From: Vicinamibacterales bacterium | GTDB lineage: Bacteria > Acidobacteriota > Vicinamibacteria > Vicinamibacterales > CAVVIG01 | NCBI GenBank assembly: GCA_965229885.1 | Contig: CBDDJX010000003.1 | Span: forward strand, 1,491,060 to 1,555,059 | Reading direction: 5' to 3' | Length of the DNA: 64,000 nucleotides | Part shown: positions 10,872 to 20,422 of the stretch, piece by piece | Numbering within the stretch: position 1 is the first letter of the stretch | Layout: the number at the start of each line of letters is the position of its first letter | Made by a program: the position numbers and the translations under genes | Notes under the pieces: model-generated | Seen by the model: only the letters and a program-made list of their open reading frames with translations | Told to the model about the DNA's origin: nothing | Database searches by the model: none

Positions 10872-12125
10872 ATGAAGAAGAAGACGCCAATCAAGATCGC
10901 CAAAGGTGGGCGCCAGCACCCCGGTCCATTCGCCCGCATCGAGGATGCCATCGAGGCATTCCGCGCCGGAAAAATCATCATCGTGGTCGACGATGAGGAA
11001 CGCGAAAACGAGGGCGATCTGACGATCGCGGCGGACAAAGTCACGCCGGAAGCGGTCAACTTCCTTGCGCGGTACGGCCGCGGGTTGATCTGCTTGTCGA
11101 TGACCGCTGAACGGCTCGACGAGCTGCAGATTCCGCTGCTCGTCCGCGAGAACACGTCCCGGTTCGAAACGGCGTTCTGCACGCCGATCGACGTCATCAG
11201 CGGCACGACGACCGGGATTTCGGCCTACGACAGGGCGGCGACCGTGCAGGCGGCCATCGATCCGGCTTCGCGCCCAGGAGATTTCGCGCGCCCAGGACAT
11301 ATCCAGCCACTGCGTGCGCGGCCCGGTGGCACACTCGTGCGCGCCGGTCAGACGGAGGCCGCCGTGGATCTGGCCCAAATCGCCGGCTTGTATCCGGCGG
11401 GCGTCATCTGCGAAATCATGAACGAGGACGGCACCATGGCACGGGTGCCACAGCTGACGAAGTTCGCACGTAAACACGGTCTGCTGATGATTACCATCGC
11501 CGACCTGATCCAGCACCGCATGCGGACCGAATCGCTGGTCAGGCGCGTCGCCAATGCCAAGCTGCCGACCGAGTTCGGCGTGTTCCGGGTGCATGCCTTC
11601 GAAAATCAAATCGATCACCACACCCACGTGGCCCTTGTCTGCGGTGAGGTCGGCAACGGCAAGGACGTTCTCGTCCGGGTGCACTCACAGTGTTTAACTG
11701 GGGACGCGTTCCGCTCCGCGCGATGTGACTGCGGCGCGCAGCTCGAGGTTGCGATGGATCGCATCGCTGCCGAAGGACGGGGGATCCTGTTGTATCTCAG
11801 CCAGGAGGGCCGCGGTATCGGCCTCACCAACAAGATCCGCGCGTACGAGCTGCAGGACGAGGGTTTCGACACGGTGGAGGCCAACGAGCGCCTTGGCTTC
11901 AAGGCGGATCAGCGGGACTACGGCATGGGCGTGCAGATTCTGCGGGAGCTCGGGGTCCGCTCGATGCGCCTGATGAGCAATAACCCGCGGAAGCTCGTCG
12001 GCATCGAAGGCCATGGCCTCTCAGTGAGCCAATGGCTGCCACTCGAGATTGCGGCGTCGGACGGGACGCGTCGGTACTTGAAGACGAAGAAGGAAAAGCT
12101 CGGTCACAGGCTCTCCTCTGTTTGA
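10872..12125 (+). CDS. ribBA: Bifunctional 3,4-dihydroxy-2-butanone-4-phosphate synthase / GTP cyclohydrolase II
   Basis: DHBP synthase motif DDEERENEGDL. GTP cyclohydrolase II motifs VRVHSQCLTGD, CDCG, GRGIGL. Confidence 0.93.
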   Translation: MKKKTPIKIAKGGRQHPGPFARIEDAIEAFRAGKIIIVVDDEERENEGDLTIAADKVTPEAVNFLARYGRGLICLSMTAERLDELQIPLLVRENTSRFETAFCTPIDVISGTTTGISAYDRAATVQAAIDPASRPGDFARPGHIQPLRARPGGTLVRAGQTEAAVDLAQIAGLYPAGVICEIMNEDGTMARVPQLTKFARKHGLLMITIADLIQHRMRTESLVRRVANAKLPTEFGVFRVHAFENQIDHHTHVALVCGEVGNGKDVLVRVHSQCLTGDAFRSARCDCGAQLEVAMDRIAAEGRGILLYLSQEGRGIGLTNKIRAYELQDEGFDTVEANERLGFKADQRDYGMGVQILRELGVRSMRLMSNNPRKLVGIEGHGLSVSQWLPLEIAASDGTRRYLKTKKEKLGHRLSSV

Positions 12126-12182
12126 CACCAGGTCGACCGCTCAGCTACGATAAGCGTTTGCGCTAGAGCAGGTTAGCGGCCA

Positions 12183-13571
12183 ATGTTTGACTCCCTCAGC
12201 ACACGCCTGCAGGACGTTTTCAAGACCCTTCGCGGGCAGGGGCGGCTCACAGAAGACCTGGTCGAAGCCGCGCTGCGCGAGATCCGGCTGGCGCTGCTCG
12301 AAGCCGACGTCAATTTTAAGGTCGCCAAGGCCTTCATTGACCGCGTCCGCGACCGCGCGATGGGGCAGGAGGTGCTGCGGAGCCTGTCACCGTCACAGCA
12401 CGTAGTCAAGATCGTCCGCGACGAGATACTGGCGCTCTTCGGCGATGCCGAAGGGGGCCTCCAGCCGACAACTAGACGCCCGCGCGTCATTCTACTGCTC
12501 GGGTTGCAGGGCGCCGGCAAGACGACGACGGCGGGGAAGCTGGGGAAGTGGCTGGCAAAGCAGGGACACCATCCGCTGCTGGTCTCAACTGACGTCAAGC
12601 GTCCGGCGGCGATCGAGCAGTTGAACGTCGTCGGTCAGAAGGCCGGCCTCCGCGTGCACGATCCGGCCGGCCAAAGGGATCCGGTGGCGCGCGCGAAGGG
12701 TGCGGTCGCCGAAGCGCGGAACCTGGGCTTCGATGCGGTGATCGTCGATACCGCGGGCCGGCTGCACATCGATGACGAGTTGATGGCCGAGCTCGTCGCG
12801 ATTCAGCAGGTCACGGATCCGTCAGATCGCCTGTTCGTCGCCGACGCGATGACGGGGCAGGACGCCATCAGGAGCGCGGGCGAGTTCAATGCCCGGGTCG
12901 GCGTCACCGGCGTGATCCTGACGAAGATGGATGGCGATGCGCGCGGCGGCGCGGCCCTGTCGGTGGTCTCCGTGGTCGGCGTGCCGATCGCGTTCGTGGG
13001 AAGTGGCGAACGTCTCGAGGATCTCGAGCCCTTTCGGCCCGATCGCGTGGTCTCGCGCGTGCTCGGGATGGGCGACGTGCTGTCGCTCATCGAAAAGGCT
13101 GAGGCGGCGATCAACCAGGAGGACGCCGAGCGGCTCGAAGAGAAGATTCGCTCGAATGAGTTCACGCTCGAGGACTTTCGGGATCAGCTCAAGACCATCA
13201 AGAAGATGGGGCCGCTCGAGCAGATCATGGGGATGTTGCCCGGCATGGGCAACATCAAGGCCCTGGCCGGCGGTCAGCCTGGGGGGGCCGCGGGAATCGC
13301 TGGAATCGACGACAAGCAGATCATACGCGTCGAGGCGATCATCAACTCGATGACGTCGGTCGAGCGGTGCAGGCAGCACATCATCAACGGCAGCCGCAGG
13401 AAGCGGATCGCGAAGGGCAGCGGCACGTCGGTCGAGGAAGTGAATCGCCTGCTGAAGCAGTTCGTGCAGATGCAGAGGATGTTGAAATCGCTCGGCGGGA
13501 TGGCGGGGATGGCCGGCGGCGGTAAGAAAGGGCGCCGCCAGGCGATACAGATGCTGCGCGGCCGCAGGTAA
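12183..13571 (+). CDS. ffh: Signal recognition particle protein Ffh
   Basis: GLQGAGKTTTAGKL, DTAGRLH, TKMDGDARGGAALS, and a Met-rich M domain. Confidence 0.96.
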   Translation: MFDSLSTRLQDVFKTLRGQGRLTEDLVEAALREIRLALLEADVNFKVAKAFIDRVRDRAMGQEVLRSLSPSQHVVKIVRDEILALFGDAEGGLQPTTRRPRVILLLGLQGAGKTTTAGKLGKWLAKQGHHPLLVSTDVKRPAAIEQLNVVGQKAGLRVHDPAGQRDPVARAKGAVAEARNLGFDAVIVDTAGRLHIDDELMAELVAIQQVTDPSDRLFVADAMTGQDAIRSAGEFNARVGVTGVILTKMDGDARGGAALSVVSVVGVPIAFVGSGERLEDLEPFRPDRVVSRVLGMGDVLSLIEKAEAAINQEDAERLEEKIRSNEFTLEDFRDQLKTIKKMGPLEQIMGMLPGMGNIKALAGGQPGGAAGIAGIDDKQIIRVEAIINSMTSVERCRQHIINGSRRKRIAKGSGTSVEEVNRLLKQFVQMQRMLKSLGGMAGMAGGGKKGRRQAIQMLRGRR

Positions 13572-13670
13572 GCCTGCGGCGCTTGGGATGGCAGGGCTTG
13601 GGGCCTGCATAACAGCGCAGCGAAACAGGCGTGCGGGAACGAGCCTCGCGCGTCATTCAGGAGAAGACAG

Positions 13671-13970
13671 ATGGTTGTGATCCGTTTACGTCGGTCCGGT
13701 TCGAAGAAGCGTCCGTTCTTCCGCATGGTCGTCACCGATTCGCGCGCCCCGCGCGACAGCAGCTTCGTCGAGATTCTCGGACACTACAATCCGCGCAAAA
13801 GGCCGGCCCTTGTCGATGTCAAGAAGGAGCGTGTGGACTACTGGTTGAAGAAGGGGGCGCAGCCCTCCGACTCAGTCCGAACGCTGATGGCCCGCCACCT
13901 CAATCCGAAGCCTGTTGCCGAACCGGCGCCGGGAAGCCCGGGAAGCCCGGGAAGAGACGTCGCGAAATGA
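13671..13970 (+). CDS. rpsP: 30S ribosomal protein S16
   Basis: MVVIRLRRSGSKKRPFFRMVV... The C-terminal PGSPGSPG tail is encoded by a short in-gene tandem repeat. Confidence 0.95.
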   Translation: MVVIRLRRSGSKKRPFFRMVVTDSRAPRDSSFVEILGHYNPRKRPALVDVKKERVDYWLKKGAQPSDSVRTLMARHLNPKPVAEPAPGSPGSPGRDVAK

Positions 13971-14233
13971 GCACGGGGAGCGGCGGCACCGGTGCGCGGG
14001 CGGTCGTCGAGGTTCTGGCGCGTGTGCTGACCGATCGTCCCGACGATGTCCGCGTCGTGGAGACGGATCACAACGGCACGACGCTCGTCGAGCTGTACGT
14101 CGCGCCAGACGACCTGGGCAAGGTGATCGGCAAGCAGGGCCGCACGGCGGCAGCGCTTCGGGCACTCGCCGCGTCGGCGGCGGAGCGCGACGGCAAGACG
14201 GTCACGTTGGAGATTCGGGAGGGAAGACCGTAG
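13967..14233 (+). CDS. KH-domain RNA-binding protein (YlqC/UPF0109 type)
   Basis: ATG at 13967 overlaps the rpsP stop (ATGA). GXXG motif VIGKQGRTAAALRAL. Conserved position between rpsP and rimM. Confidence 0.85.
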   Translation: MSTGSGGTGARAVVEVLARVLTDRPDDVRVVETDHNGTTLVELYVAPDDLGKVIGKQGRTAAALRALAASAAERDGKTVTLEIREGRP

Positions 14234-14236
14234 TCA

Positions 14237-14761
14237 GTGAAGTGGGATGAAATGGCTGGCGTCGGCCGGATCGCTCGGGCGCATGGCATTCGCGGCCAGG
14301 TCATTGTGAGTCTCGAGACGGATTTTCCAGAGGAGCGGTTTCGGCCCGGCGCCGAACTGTTCGTTGAACGGAACGGTGCGATCCAGGCACTGACGCTCAC
14401 GAGCGTCAGGTTTCATCGGCATCGCCCCGTGGTGGGGATCGCGGGTGTGGAGACGATGACCGAGGCGGAGGCACTGGCTGGACGCGATCTGCGAGTGCCG
14501 GTCGATCGGCTGGCGCCGCTGCCGGGCGGCACGTTTTACCGGCACGACCTGATCGGCTGCCGCGTCGAGACACCGACGGGCGAACTGGTCGGCACGGTCG
14601 AGACCGTCGAGGGGACACTCGGCGGGAGTCGTCTGGTGGTGGCGGCGACGTGCGGCGAGGTGTTGATTCCGCTCGTCGCGGCGATCTGCACCACGATCGA
14701 CCCGACGGCGAAGCGGATCGTCGTCGATCCGCCCGCGGGCTTATTGGATCTGAATAGATGA
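14237..14761 (+). CDS. rimM: 16S rRNA processing protein RimM
   Basis: [14 protein letters not shown]-terminus, PRC-barrel C-terminus, conserved synteny. Confidence 0.9.
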   Translation: MKWDEMAGVGRIARAHGIRGQVIVSLETDFPEERFRPGAELFVERNGAIQALTLTSVRFHRHRPVVGIAGVETMTEAEALAGRDLRVPVDRLAPLPGGTFYRHDLIGCRVETPTGELVGTVETVEGTLGGSRLVVAATCGEVLIPLVAAICTTIDPTAKRIVVDPPAGLLDLNR

Positions 14762-15522
14762 CGTTCGATGTCGTCACGATCTTTCCGGCGATGTTCGAGC
14801 AGCCGCTGGCGGCCGGCGTCATCGGCCGGGCGATCGAGCGCGGCGTGCTCGACGTCGGGGTGCGTGACCTGCGGGACTTCACGACCGATCGCCATCGGAT
14901 GGTGGACGATGTACCGTTTGGCGGCGGTCCGGGGATGGTGCTGAAGGTTGACCCGATGTTTCGTGCGCTCGACGCGATCGAGGCCGAGCGCGGCCAGCCG
15001 CTGGCGGTGGTGCTGACCTCGCCGCAGGGCGCGAGACTGACGCAGGCGACGGCGCAGCGGTTGAGCCGGCTGGCGCACGTCGTGATTTTGTGCGGACGGT
15101 ACGAGGGCGTAGACGAACGCGTGCGCGAGTGCGCGACCGAGGAGCTGTCGATCGGCGATTATGTGCTGACCGGTGGGGAGCTGCCAGCGATGGTCATACT
15201 CGACGCGGTGGCGCGGCTGCTGCCCGGCGTGGTTGGGGACGAGCAGTCGGTGGCAGACGATTCGTTCAGCCGCGGGCTGCTCGACTTTCCGCAGTACACG
15301 CGTCCTGCGACGTTGACGTGGCCGGGCCCCCGGGGTTCGACGGACCTGTCGGTGCCGGATGTGTTGCTGTCTGGCAACCACGCCGATATTCGGCGCTGGC
15401 GAAAGCGCGAAGCCGTTACGAGGACGCTGGAGCGCCGGCCGGATCTCCTGGCCGGCGCGACTTTGGACGAGGAAGAACAGGACATTCTGCGCGACATTGT
15501 GGCGCGGCATGAGAAGTCATAG
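14758..15522 (+). CDS. trmD: tRNA (guanine37-N1)-methyltransferase
   Basis: [38 protein letters not shown]. Confidence 0.95.
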   Translation: MTFDVVTIFPAMFEQPLAAGVIGRAIERGVLDVGVRDLRDFTTDRHRMVDDVPFGGGPGMVLKVDPMFRALDAIEAERGQPLAVVLTSPQGARLTQATAQRLSRLAHVVILCGRYEGVDERVRECATEELSIGDYVLTGGELPAMVILDAVARLLPGVVGDEQSVADDSFSRGLLDFPQYTRPATLTWPGPRGSTDLSVPDVLLSGNHADIRRWRKREAVTRTLERRPDLLAGATLDEEEQDILRDIVARHEKS

Positions 15523-15551
15523 CGCAGGTCTTTAGACCTGCTGAGGAGTGG

Positions 15552-15902
15552 TTGATGAACGCGATTGAGTTGGTTGAGAAGTCGCAGCTGGCCGAGCGGC
15601 CGGCGATGAGGTCTGGCGACACCGTCCGCGTGCACGTCAAGGTGCGCGAGGGAGACAAGGAGCGCATTCAGGTCTTCGAAGGCGTGGTGATCGGCCTGCA
15701 CCGCGGCGGCACACGGGCGTCGTTCACCGTCAGGAAAGTGTCGTTTGGTCAGGGTGTGGAGCGCATCTTCCCGCTGCATTCGCCGACGATTCAGAAGGTC
15801 GAGGTCGTGCGATCCGCGAAAGTTCGCCGCGCGAAGCTGTACTATCTGCGCGATCTGAAGGGCAAGGCCGCGCGCCTGAAGGACAACGCGAAAGCGCAGT
15901 AG
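15552..15902 (+). CDS. rplS: 50S ribosomal protein L19
   Basis: [27 protein letters not shown]. The start could instead be the ATG 3 nt downstream. Confidence 0.95.
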   Translation: MMNAIELVEKSQLAERPAMRSGDTVRVHVKVREGDKERIQVFEGVVIGLHRGGTRASFTVRKVSFGQGVERIFPLHSPTIQKVEVVRSAKVRRAKLYYLRDLKGKAARLKDNAKAQ

Positions 15903-15912
15903 GCGGGAAGGG

Positions 15913-16536
15913 ATGGTTCGTGTCCCCGCCATGCGCACGCTCGAGAACACGCTGCGGCATGTCGGGTTCGTGCACGTAGCGGGCGTCGATGAAGTCGGAC
16001 GCGGCTGTCTGGCCGGGCCCGTCGTTGCCGCTGCCGTGGTGCTTCACCCGGACAAACACATTCCTGGAGTGTGCGACTCGAAGCTGGTACCGGCCGCCGA
16101 GCGCGAACGGATCTACGAGCGCATCATGCGCCACGCCGTCGCGTGGGCCGTTGCCGCCGCGGGACCAGCCGAGATCGACCTCGTCAACATCCATCAGGCC
16201 TCGCTGCGGGCGATGCAGCGGGCCGTGCTCGCGCTCGCGCCGCTTCCCGATGTCGTCCTCGTCGATTCGTTCCGGATCCCGGATCTGCCGATGGCGCAGC
16301 GCGGGGTGCTGCACGGCGACCGCCGCTGTTCGGCGATTGCGGCCGCGTCCATTGTCGCCAAAGTGACACGGGATCAGCAGATGCTCGAGTTGCACAGCCG
16401 CGACCCACGTTACGGGTTCGACCGGCACAAGGGCTATGCGACGGCCGGCCACCTCGACGCCGTTGCGCGGTTTGGCTATTCCGAGGTACACCGCCGGTCG
16501 TTTCGCCCCGCGGCGCTGTTTGATACGATTGATTAG
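15913..16536 (+). CDS. rnhB: Ribonuclease HII
   Basis: VAGVDEVGRGCLAGPVV and DSKLV motifs. Confidence 0.92.
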   Translation: MVRVPAMRTLENTLRHVGFVHVAGVDEVGRGCLAGPVVAAAVVLHPDKHIPGVCDSKLVPAAERERIYERIMRHAVAWAVAAAGPAEIDLVNIHQASLRAMQRAVLALAPLPDVVLVDSFRIPDLPMAQRGVLHGDRRCSAIAAASIVAKVTRDQQMLELHSRDPRYGFDRHKGYATAGHLDAVARFGYSEVHRRSFRPAALFDTID

Positions 16537-18614
16537 TGGCCATCGACCGCGCTACCACACTCAAAATTGCTGAGAAGCTGCTCCGCCAGGGCAAGATAGA
16601 ACCTGCCATCGCGGAGTACCTGCGCCTCGCCGGCGATCAGCCCAGCGACTGGAACATCGCCAACACACTCGGCGATCTCTACGTCCGCGCCGGACAAGTG
16701 GATAAGGCGGTCGAGCAGTTCGCGCGCATTGCCGGCAGCCTGGGTGAAGCCGGGTTCCTGCCGAAGGCGAGCGCGATCTACAAAAAGATCCTCAAGCTGA
16801 GACCGGAGGACGAGCCCGCGCTCCTGCAGGCGGCCGAAATTGCTGGGAGCCTCGGCATCCTTGCCGACGCACGCTACTACCTGACGCAGATCATCGACCG
16901 ACGGCTGACTCGTGGCGACAGGCGCGGGGCGGCAGAGGCGCGCATCCGGCTCGGGACGCTCGACCCGGCCGATTTCGAGAGCCGGATGATGGCCGCGCGT
17001 ACTCGGGCGGAAATCGGCGACGTGGCTACCGCCACGCGCGACCTGAAAGAGATCGCCGTCGAGCTCCTCGAAAAGGGCCGTTCGTTGGACGCGGTCGACG
17101 CCTTGCGCGAGGCCGAAGACCTGGCTCCAGACGACGGCGAGATCCGCCAGCGTCTCCTCGATGTGTACGTAGCCAGTGGCGATTTTGCACGGGCTCGTGC
17201 GTGCGCATTCACGTTCGAGCAGCTCAAGGGGCTGGCCGGGGTGCTCGAGGCGGCGGGCCATGAGGACGCCGCGCTGGAGGCGCTCGGCGAGGCGGCGCGT
17301 CTGGATCCGGATGCCGGTGGGTTGCGCGCGCATCTGGCGCGCGCGTTCATCGCACGCGGCGACGCGGCGGCGGCCGCTCGCTATCTGACCGTCGAGACGG
17401 CGGGGGACGATCCGCAACTGCTGTTCACCGTGGCAGAGATCACACTGCGCGGGGAGACGCCGGACGACGGGCTGGCGATCGTACGCCGCCTGCTCGAGCA
17501 GTACCCCGACCGCCGGGAAGAGGTGGCGCTGCTGGGCTGGACCGTTGCCGAGCAGGCGCCAGAAACGGGATTCAATGTCGTGGAGCTCGCCGCCGGGGCC
17601 GCTGTCGCGGACCAGGACTGGGCTTCGGCGGCGGCCGCACTGCAGGAGTTCGTCACACGCGTGCCCAACCACATACCGGCGCTGATGCGTCTGGTTGAGA
17701 TCTGCGTCGATGGTGGACTCGAGGCGACGATGTACAGCGCGCAGGCACATCTGGCCGACGCCTATATCGCCAGTGGACAGGCAGCGGAGGCACGCTTCAT
17801 CGCCGAAGACCTCGTGGCGCGCGAGCCCTGGGACCGCTCGAACCTGGAGCGTTTCCGGCGCGCGCTCGAGTTGTCGGGCGAGCCGGATCCCGAGGCGTTG
17901 ATCGCTGAGCGATTGAGCGGCCAGTCGCCGTCCATGACCACCGATCTGTTTCTGGCCGCGAACGAGTTGTCGTCGAGCGCACCGTACGATGCACCGACAT
18001 TCGCTGGTTCGCCGGTGCCGCAAGCGCCTGTGGAGGCTCCGCCGCCCGCAAGGGCTGCACACGAAGTCGAGCGAGAGCCGTTGGTTGAACCCAAACCCGC
18101 CGCGAAGCGAGCCGCCAAGCCGGCGTCGAAGTCGCCGGCGCACGGCGACCGGGATCACTTCGAGACCAGTGCTCATACGATCGATCTGGAAAGTATTCTG
18201 GGCGAGCTTGAATCGCCGCCGGCCGTCACGCACGCATCAACCGAAAGCGTTGAGGTCGATCTGAGTATCGTGCTCGACGATATCAAGCGATCTCAGGCAC
18301 GGCCCGAGGCTCCCGCCGCGCCGGCGTTGGCACCCAGCGATCTCGACGGGATCTTCGCCCATCTGCGCGACGACGTATCGCGGCGCTCCGCGATGGAAGA
18401 AGCCAAGCAACAGTACAAGCGCGGTTTGGCGCTGCGCGAAGCGGGCGACATCGACGAATGCATCGTGGCGCTCCAGGCGGCCTCGCAAGCGCCTCGGCTA
18501 CGGTTTATCACGGCGTCGCTGCTCGCGCGGATCCTCCGCGATCGCGGAATGAATCCGCAGGCCATCGAGTGGTTCGAAAAGGCGGCACAGGCGCCGGCAC
18601 CGACTGCGGAATGA
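16536..18614 (+). CDS. Large TPR-repeat protein; the 3' end may be degraded
   Basis: 692-aa ORF with repeated TPR-like helices throughout. TPR-like sequence (EEYDLLYDLADTLEREGEVARA) continues past the TGA at 18612 in another frame. See findings. Confidence 0.75.
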   Translation: MAIDRATTLKIAEKLLRQGKIEPAIAEYLRLAGDQPSDWNIANTLGDLYVRAGQVDKAVEQFARIAGSLGEAGFLPKASAIYKKILKLRPEDEPALLQAAEIAGSLGILADARYYLTQIIDRRLTRGDRRGAAEARIRLGTLDPADFESRMMAARTRAEIGDVATATRDLKEIAVELLEKGRSLDAVDALREAEDLAPDDGEIRQRLLDVYVASGDFARARACAFTFEQLKGLAGVLEAAGHEDAALEALGEAARLDPDAGGLRAHLARAFIARGDAAAAARYLTVETAGDDPQLLFTVAEITLRGETPDDGLAIVRRLLEQYPDRREEVALLGWTVAEQAPETGFNVVELAAGAAVADQDWASAAAALQEFVTRVPNHIPALMRLVEICVDGGLEATMYSAQAHLADAYIASGQAAEARFIAEDLVAREPWDRSNLERFRRALELSGEPDPEALIAERLSGQSPSMTTDLFLAANELSSSAPYDAPTFAGSPVPQAPVEAPPPARAAHEVEREPLVEPKPAAKRAAKPASKSPAHGDRDHFETSAHTIDLESILGELESPPAVTHASTESVEVDLSIVLDDIKRSQARPEAPAAPALAPSDLDGIFAHLRDDVSRRSAMEEAKQQYKRGLALREAGDIDECIVALQAASQAPRLRFITASLLARILRDRGMNPQAIEWFEKAAQAPAPTAE

Positions 18615-18717
18615 GGAGTACGATCTGCTGTACGACCTGGCCGACACACTCGAGAGGGAGGGCGAGGTTGCCCGCGCGCATCGATCGCCTGACCAGGGTT
18701 TAGGTCGGAGGCTCATC

Positions 18718-18981
18718 CTGATCCGCCGGCTCGCCTTCGTCGTATTCTTCTTCGAGGTCGGCTTTCTGCTCGTCGTGTTGCCGTGGTCCGAGTTCTGGGA
18801 GCACAATTACTTCGCGGTGGCCTGGCCGCTCCTGCGATCGATTGTGACGAACAATTTCGTGCGCGGCGGCGTCAGCGGGCTCGGCGTCGTGAACCTGGCG
18901 GCCGGCTTTGCTGACCTGACCGTGGCGCTGACCACGCGCGAGAGCGCGCGCGTGTCGATTGGCGATGACTCGGGGTCCTGA
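18718..18981 (+). CDS. Small membrane protein; start codon uncertain (possibly CTG 18718; the ORF track starts at GTG 18775)
   Basis: The frame is open upstream of 18775 and encodes a TM helix (LAFVVFFFEVGFLLVVLPW). The first canonical start would cut that helix. GGAGG at 18707-18711 lies 6 nt before CTG 18718. Confidence 0.4.
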   Translation: MIRRLAFVVFFFEVGFLLVVLPWSEFWEHNYFAVAWPLLRSIVTNNFVRGGVSGLGVVNLAAGFADLTVALTTRESARVSIGDDSGS

Positions 18982-19591
18982 CAACGTGCTCTGCCTCGTT
19001 ACGGATCGCCATCGTCTCTGTTCTGAAACCGTCGCATTCGAGCCGGCCCGCCGTCGTCTCATTGCCCAGGCGAAGTGGGCCGTCTCGTCCAACGTCGATC
19101 TCATACAGGTGCGCGAGGGCGATCTCAAGGCGGCGGATTTGGCAAGGCTCGTCACTGATCTTGTGCGAGTGAGCCGGGGATCGGGAACGCGCGTGGTCGT
19201 CAACGATCGCATCGATGTGGCTCTCGCGTGTGGCGCTGACGGCGTGCACCTTCGACACGACTCAGTTCGAGCGGAAGCGGTGCGCGCGATCACGCCTGTC
19301 GGGTTTCTGGTGGGTCGATCGGTGCACGGCCTCGCCGAAGCTGAAGGAGCGGGTCCGGTGGATTACCTGGTTGCGGGAACGGTGTTTCCGACCCCTTCCA
19401 AGCCGGCCGCATCCCGGATGCTCGGCATGGACGGTCTCGCCGAGGTGGTTCGGGCTGTGAACGTGCCAGTGCTGGCCATCGGCGGAATCACGCGCGAGCG
19501 GCTGGACGACGTGGCCGCGACCGGCGCGGCGGGCGCCGCGGGAATCGGGATGTTCAGCGACTGGTTTGACAGGCTCGAGACGTCTTCCTAA
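18959..19591 (+). CDS. thiE: Thiamine-phosphate synthase
   Basis: LCLVTDR, IQVREGDL, VVVNDRIDVALACGADGVHL, VAGTVFPTPSK, VLAIGGIT. The start could be the ATG at 18965. Confidence 0.88.
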   Translation: MAMTRGPDNVLCLVTDRHRLCSETVAFEPARRRLIAQAKWAVSSNVDLIQVREGDLKAADLARLVTDLVRVSRGSGTRVVVNDRIDVALACGADGVHLRHDSVRAEAVRAITPVGFLVGRSVHGLAEAEGAGPVDYLVAGTVFPTPSKPAASRMLGMDGLAEVVRAVNVPVLAIGGITRERLDDVAATGAAGAAGIGMFSDWFDRLETSS

Positions 19592-19609
19592 TATGGAAGG
19601 CCGTAAGCG

Positions 19610-20422
19610 ATGGTCGACAGATCGCCGGGTGATTGTGGACGCATTCTCCGGGAAGCGCGCGAGCGCCGCGGCGTATCGCTACGCCAAATCGCGAACGCCA
19701 CGAAGATCGGGATGAGCGCGCTCGAAGCGCTCGAGCGCAACGATATTTCGCGTTTGCCAGGCGGTATTTTCAGCCGATCGTTCGTCAGGTCGTACGCGAT
19801 CGAAGTAGGTCTCGATCCTGAAGCCACAATCAAGGAATTCATCGCGCAGTTCCCGCAGGATTCGGTCACCGCTGGACATCCGACGTCGACCCAGTCCGAA
19901 GACCACCAGGCGATCGACAGCGAGCGCAGGGCGGCGACGACCTTCGTTCGGTTGATCGCGCTGAGCGTGCCAATCGTGGGTGCGATGCTGTATTTCGGGA
20001 CGGCGGGGCGCCCCAGGGCGCCGCAAGTGCCAGACGTTCAGCCGGCTGCGACCACCGCAGCCCCCGTTCGGATGCCTGCCGTGGCGGTCGAGATACCTCC
20101 GGCGCCGGTCGAAGCGCCAGCCGTCGAGCCTGCGTCCGCGGCAGCCGTTCCCTTGGATCGGCTGACGGTGGCGCTGTCGGCGATTGGAGAATGCTGGGTG
20201 TCCGCCACCGTTGACGGCGTGAAGGCGGTCGAGCGCCTGCTGCAGCCCGGCGAGCGGCTGGCCATGGACGTGCGTCGAGAGTTGGTGCTGACGGCCGGGG
20301 ACGCATCGGCGCTGGCCATCACGCTCAACGGCGCCGAGGCCAAGCCGCTCGGAAAACGGGGCGAAGTCGTCACGGCCCGCCTGAACCTCACGAACTTCAA
20401 GGAGTACCTTTCAAACCGGTGA
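19610..20422 (+). CDS. rodZ: RodZ-like cytoskeleton protein (XRE-type HTH + TM + DUF4115-like C-terminus)
   Basis: HTH segment LREARERRGVSLRQIANATKIGMSALEALE, a central TM helix, and a C-terminal beta domain (VSATVDGV...LTAGDASALAITLNG). Confidence 0.75.
   Translation: MVDRSPGDCGRILREARERRGVSLRQIANATKIGMSALEALERNDISRLPGGIFSRSFVRSYAIEVGLDPEATIKEFIAQFPQDSVTAGHPTSTQSEDHQAIDSERRAATTFVRLIALSVPIVGAMLYFGTAGRPRAPQVPDVQPAATTAAPVRMPAVAVEIPPAPVEAPAVEPASAAAVPLDRLTVALSAIGECWVSATVDGVKAVERLLQPGERLAMDVRRELVLTAGDASALAITLNGAEAKPLGKRGEVVTARLNLTNFKEYLSNR

Noticed and set aside
9172-12125. FMN riboswitch ahead of the rib genes, TPP riboswitch ahead of thiE, and the absence of ribH after ribBA.
   Set aside because: ribD overlaps ftsY and thiE overlaps the preceding ORF, so there is no leader space for a riboswitch. 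ribH may simply be encoded elsewhere, and its absence from one window is not informative.
13931-13955. Tandem gggaagccc repeat.
   Set aside because: It lies inside rpsP and encodes the PGSPGSPG tail. It is in-frame coding variation, not a separate element.
15524-15541. Perfect 7-bp hairpin gcaggtc-ttta-gacctgc between trmD and rplS as a terminator.
   Set aside because: No U-tract follows. The rplS Shine-Dalgarno sequence comes immediately after it, and the genes are normally co-transcribed. The evidence for a regulatory role is too weak.
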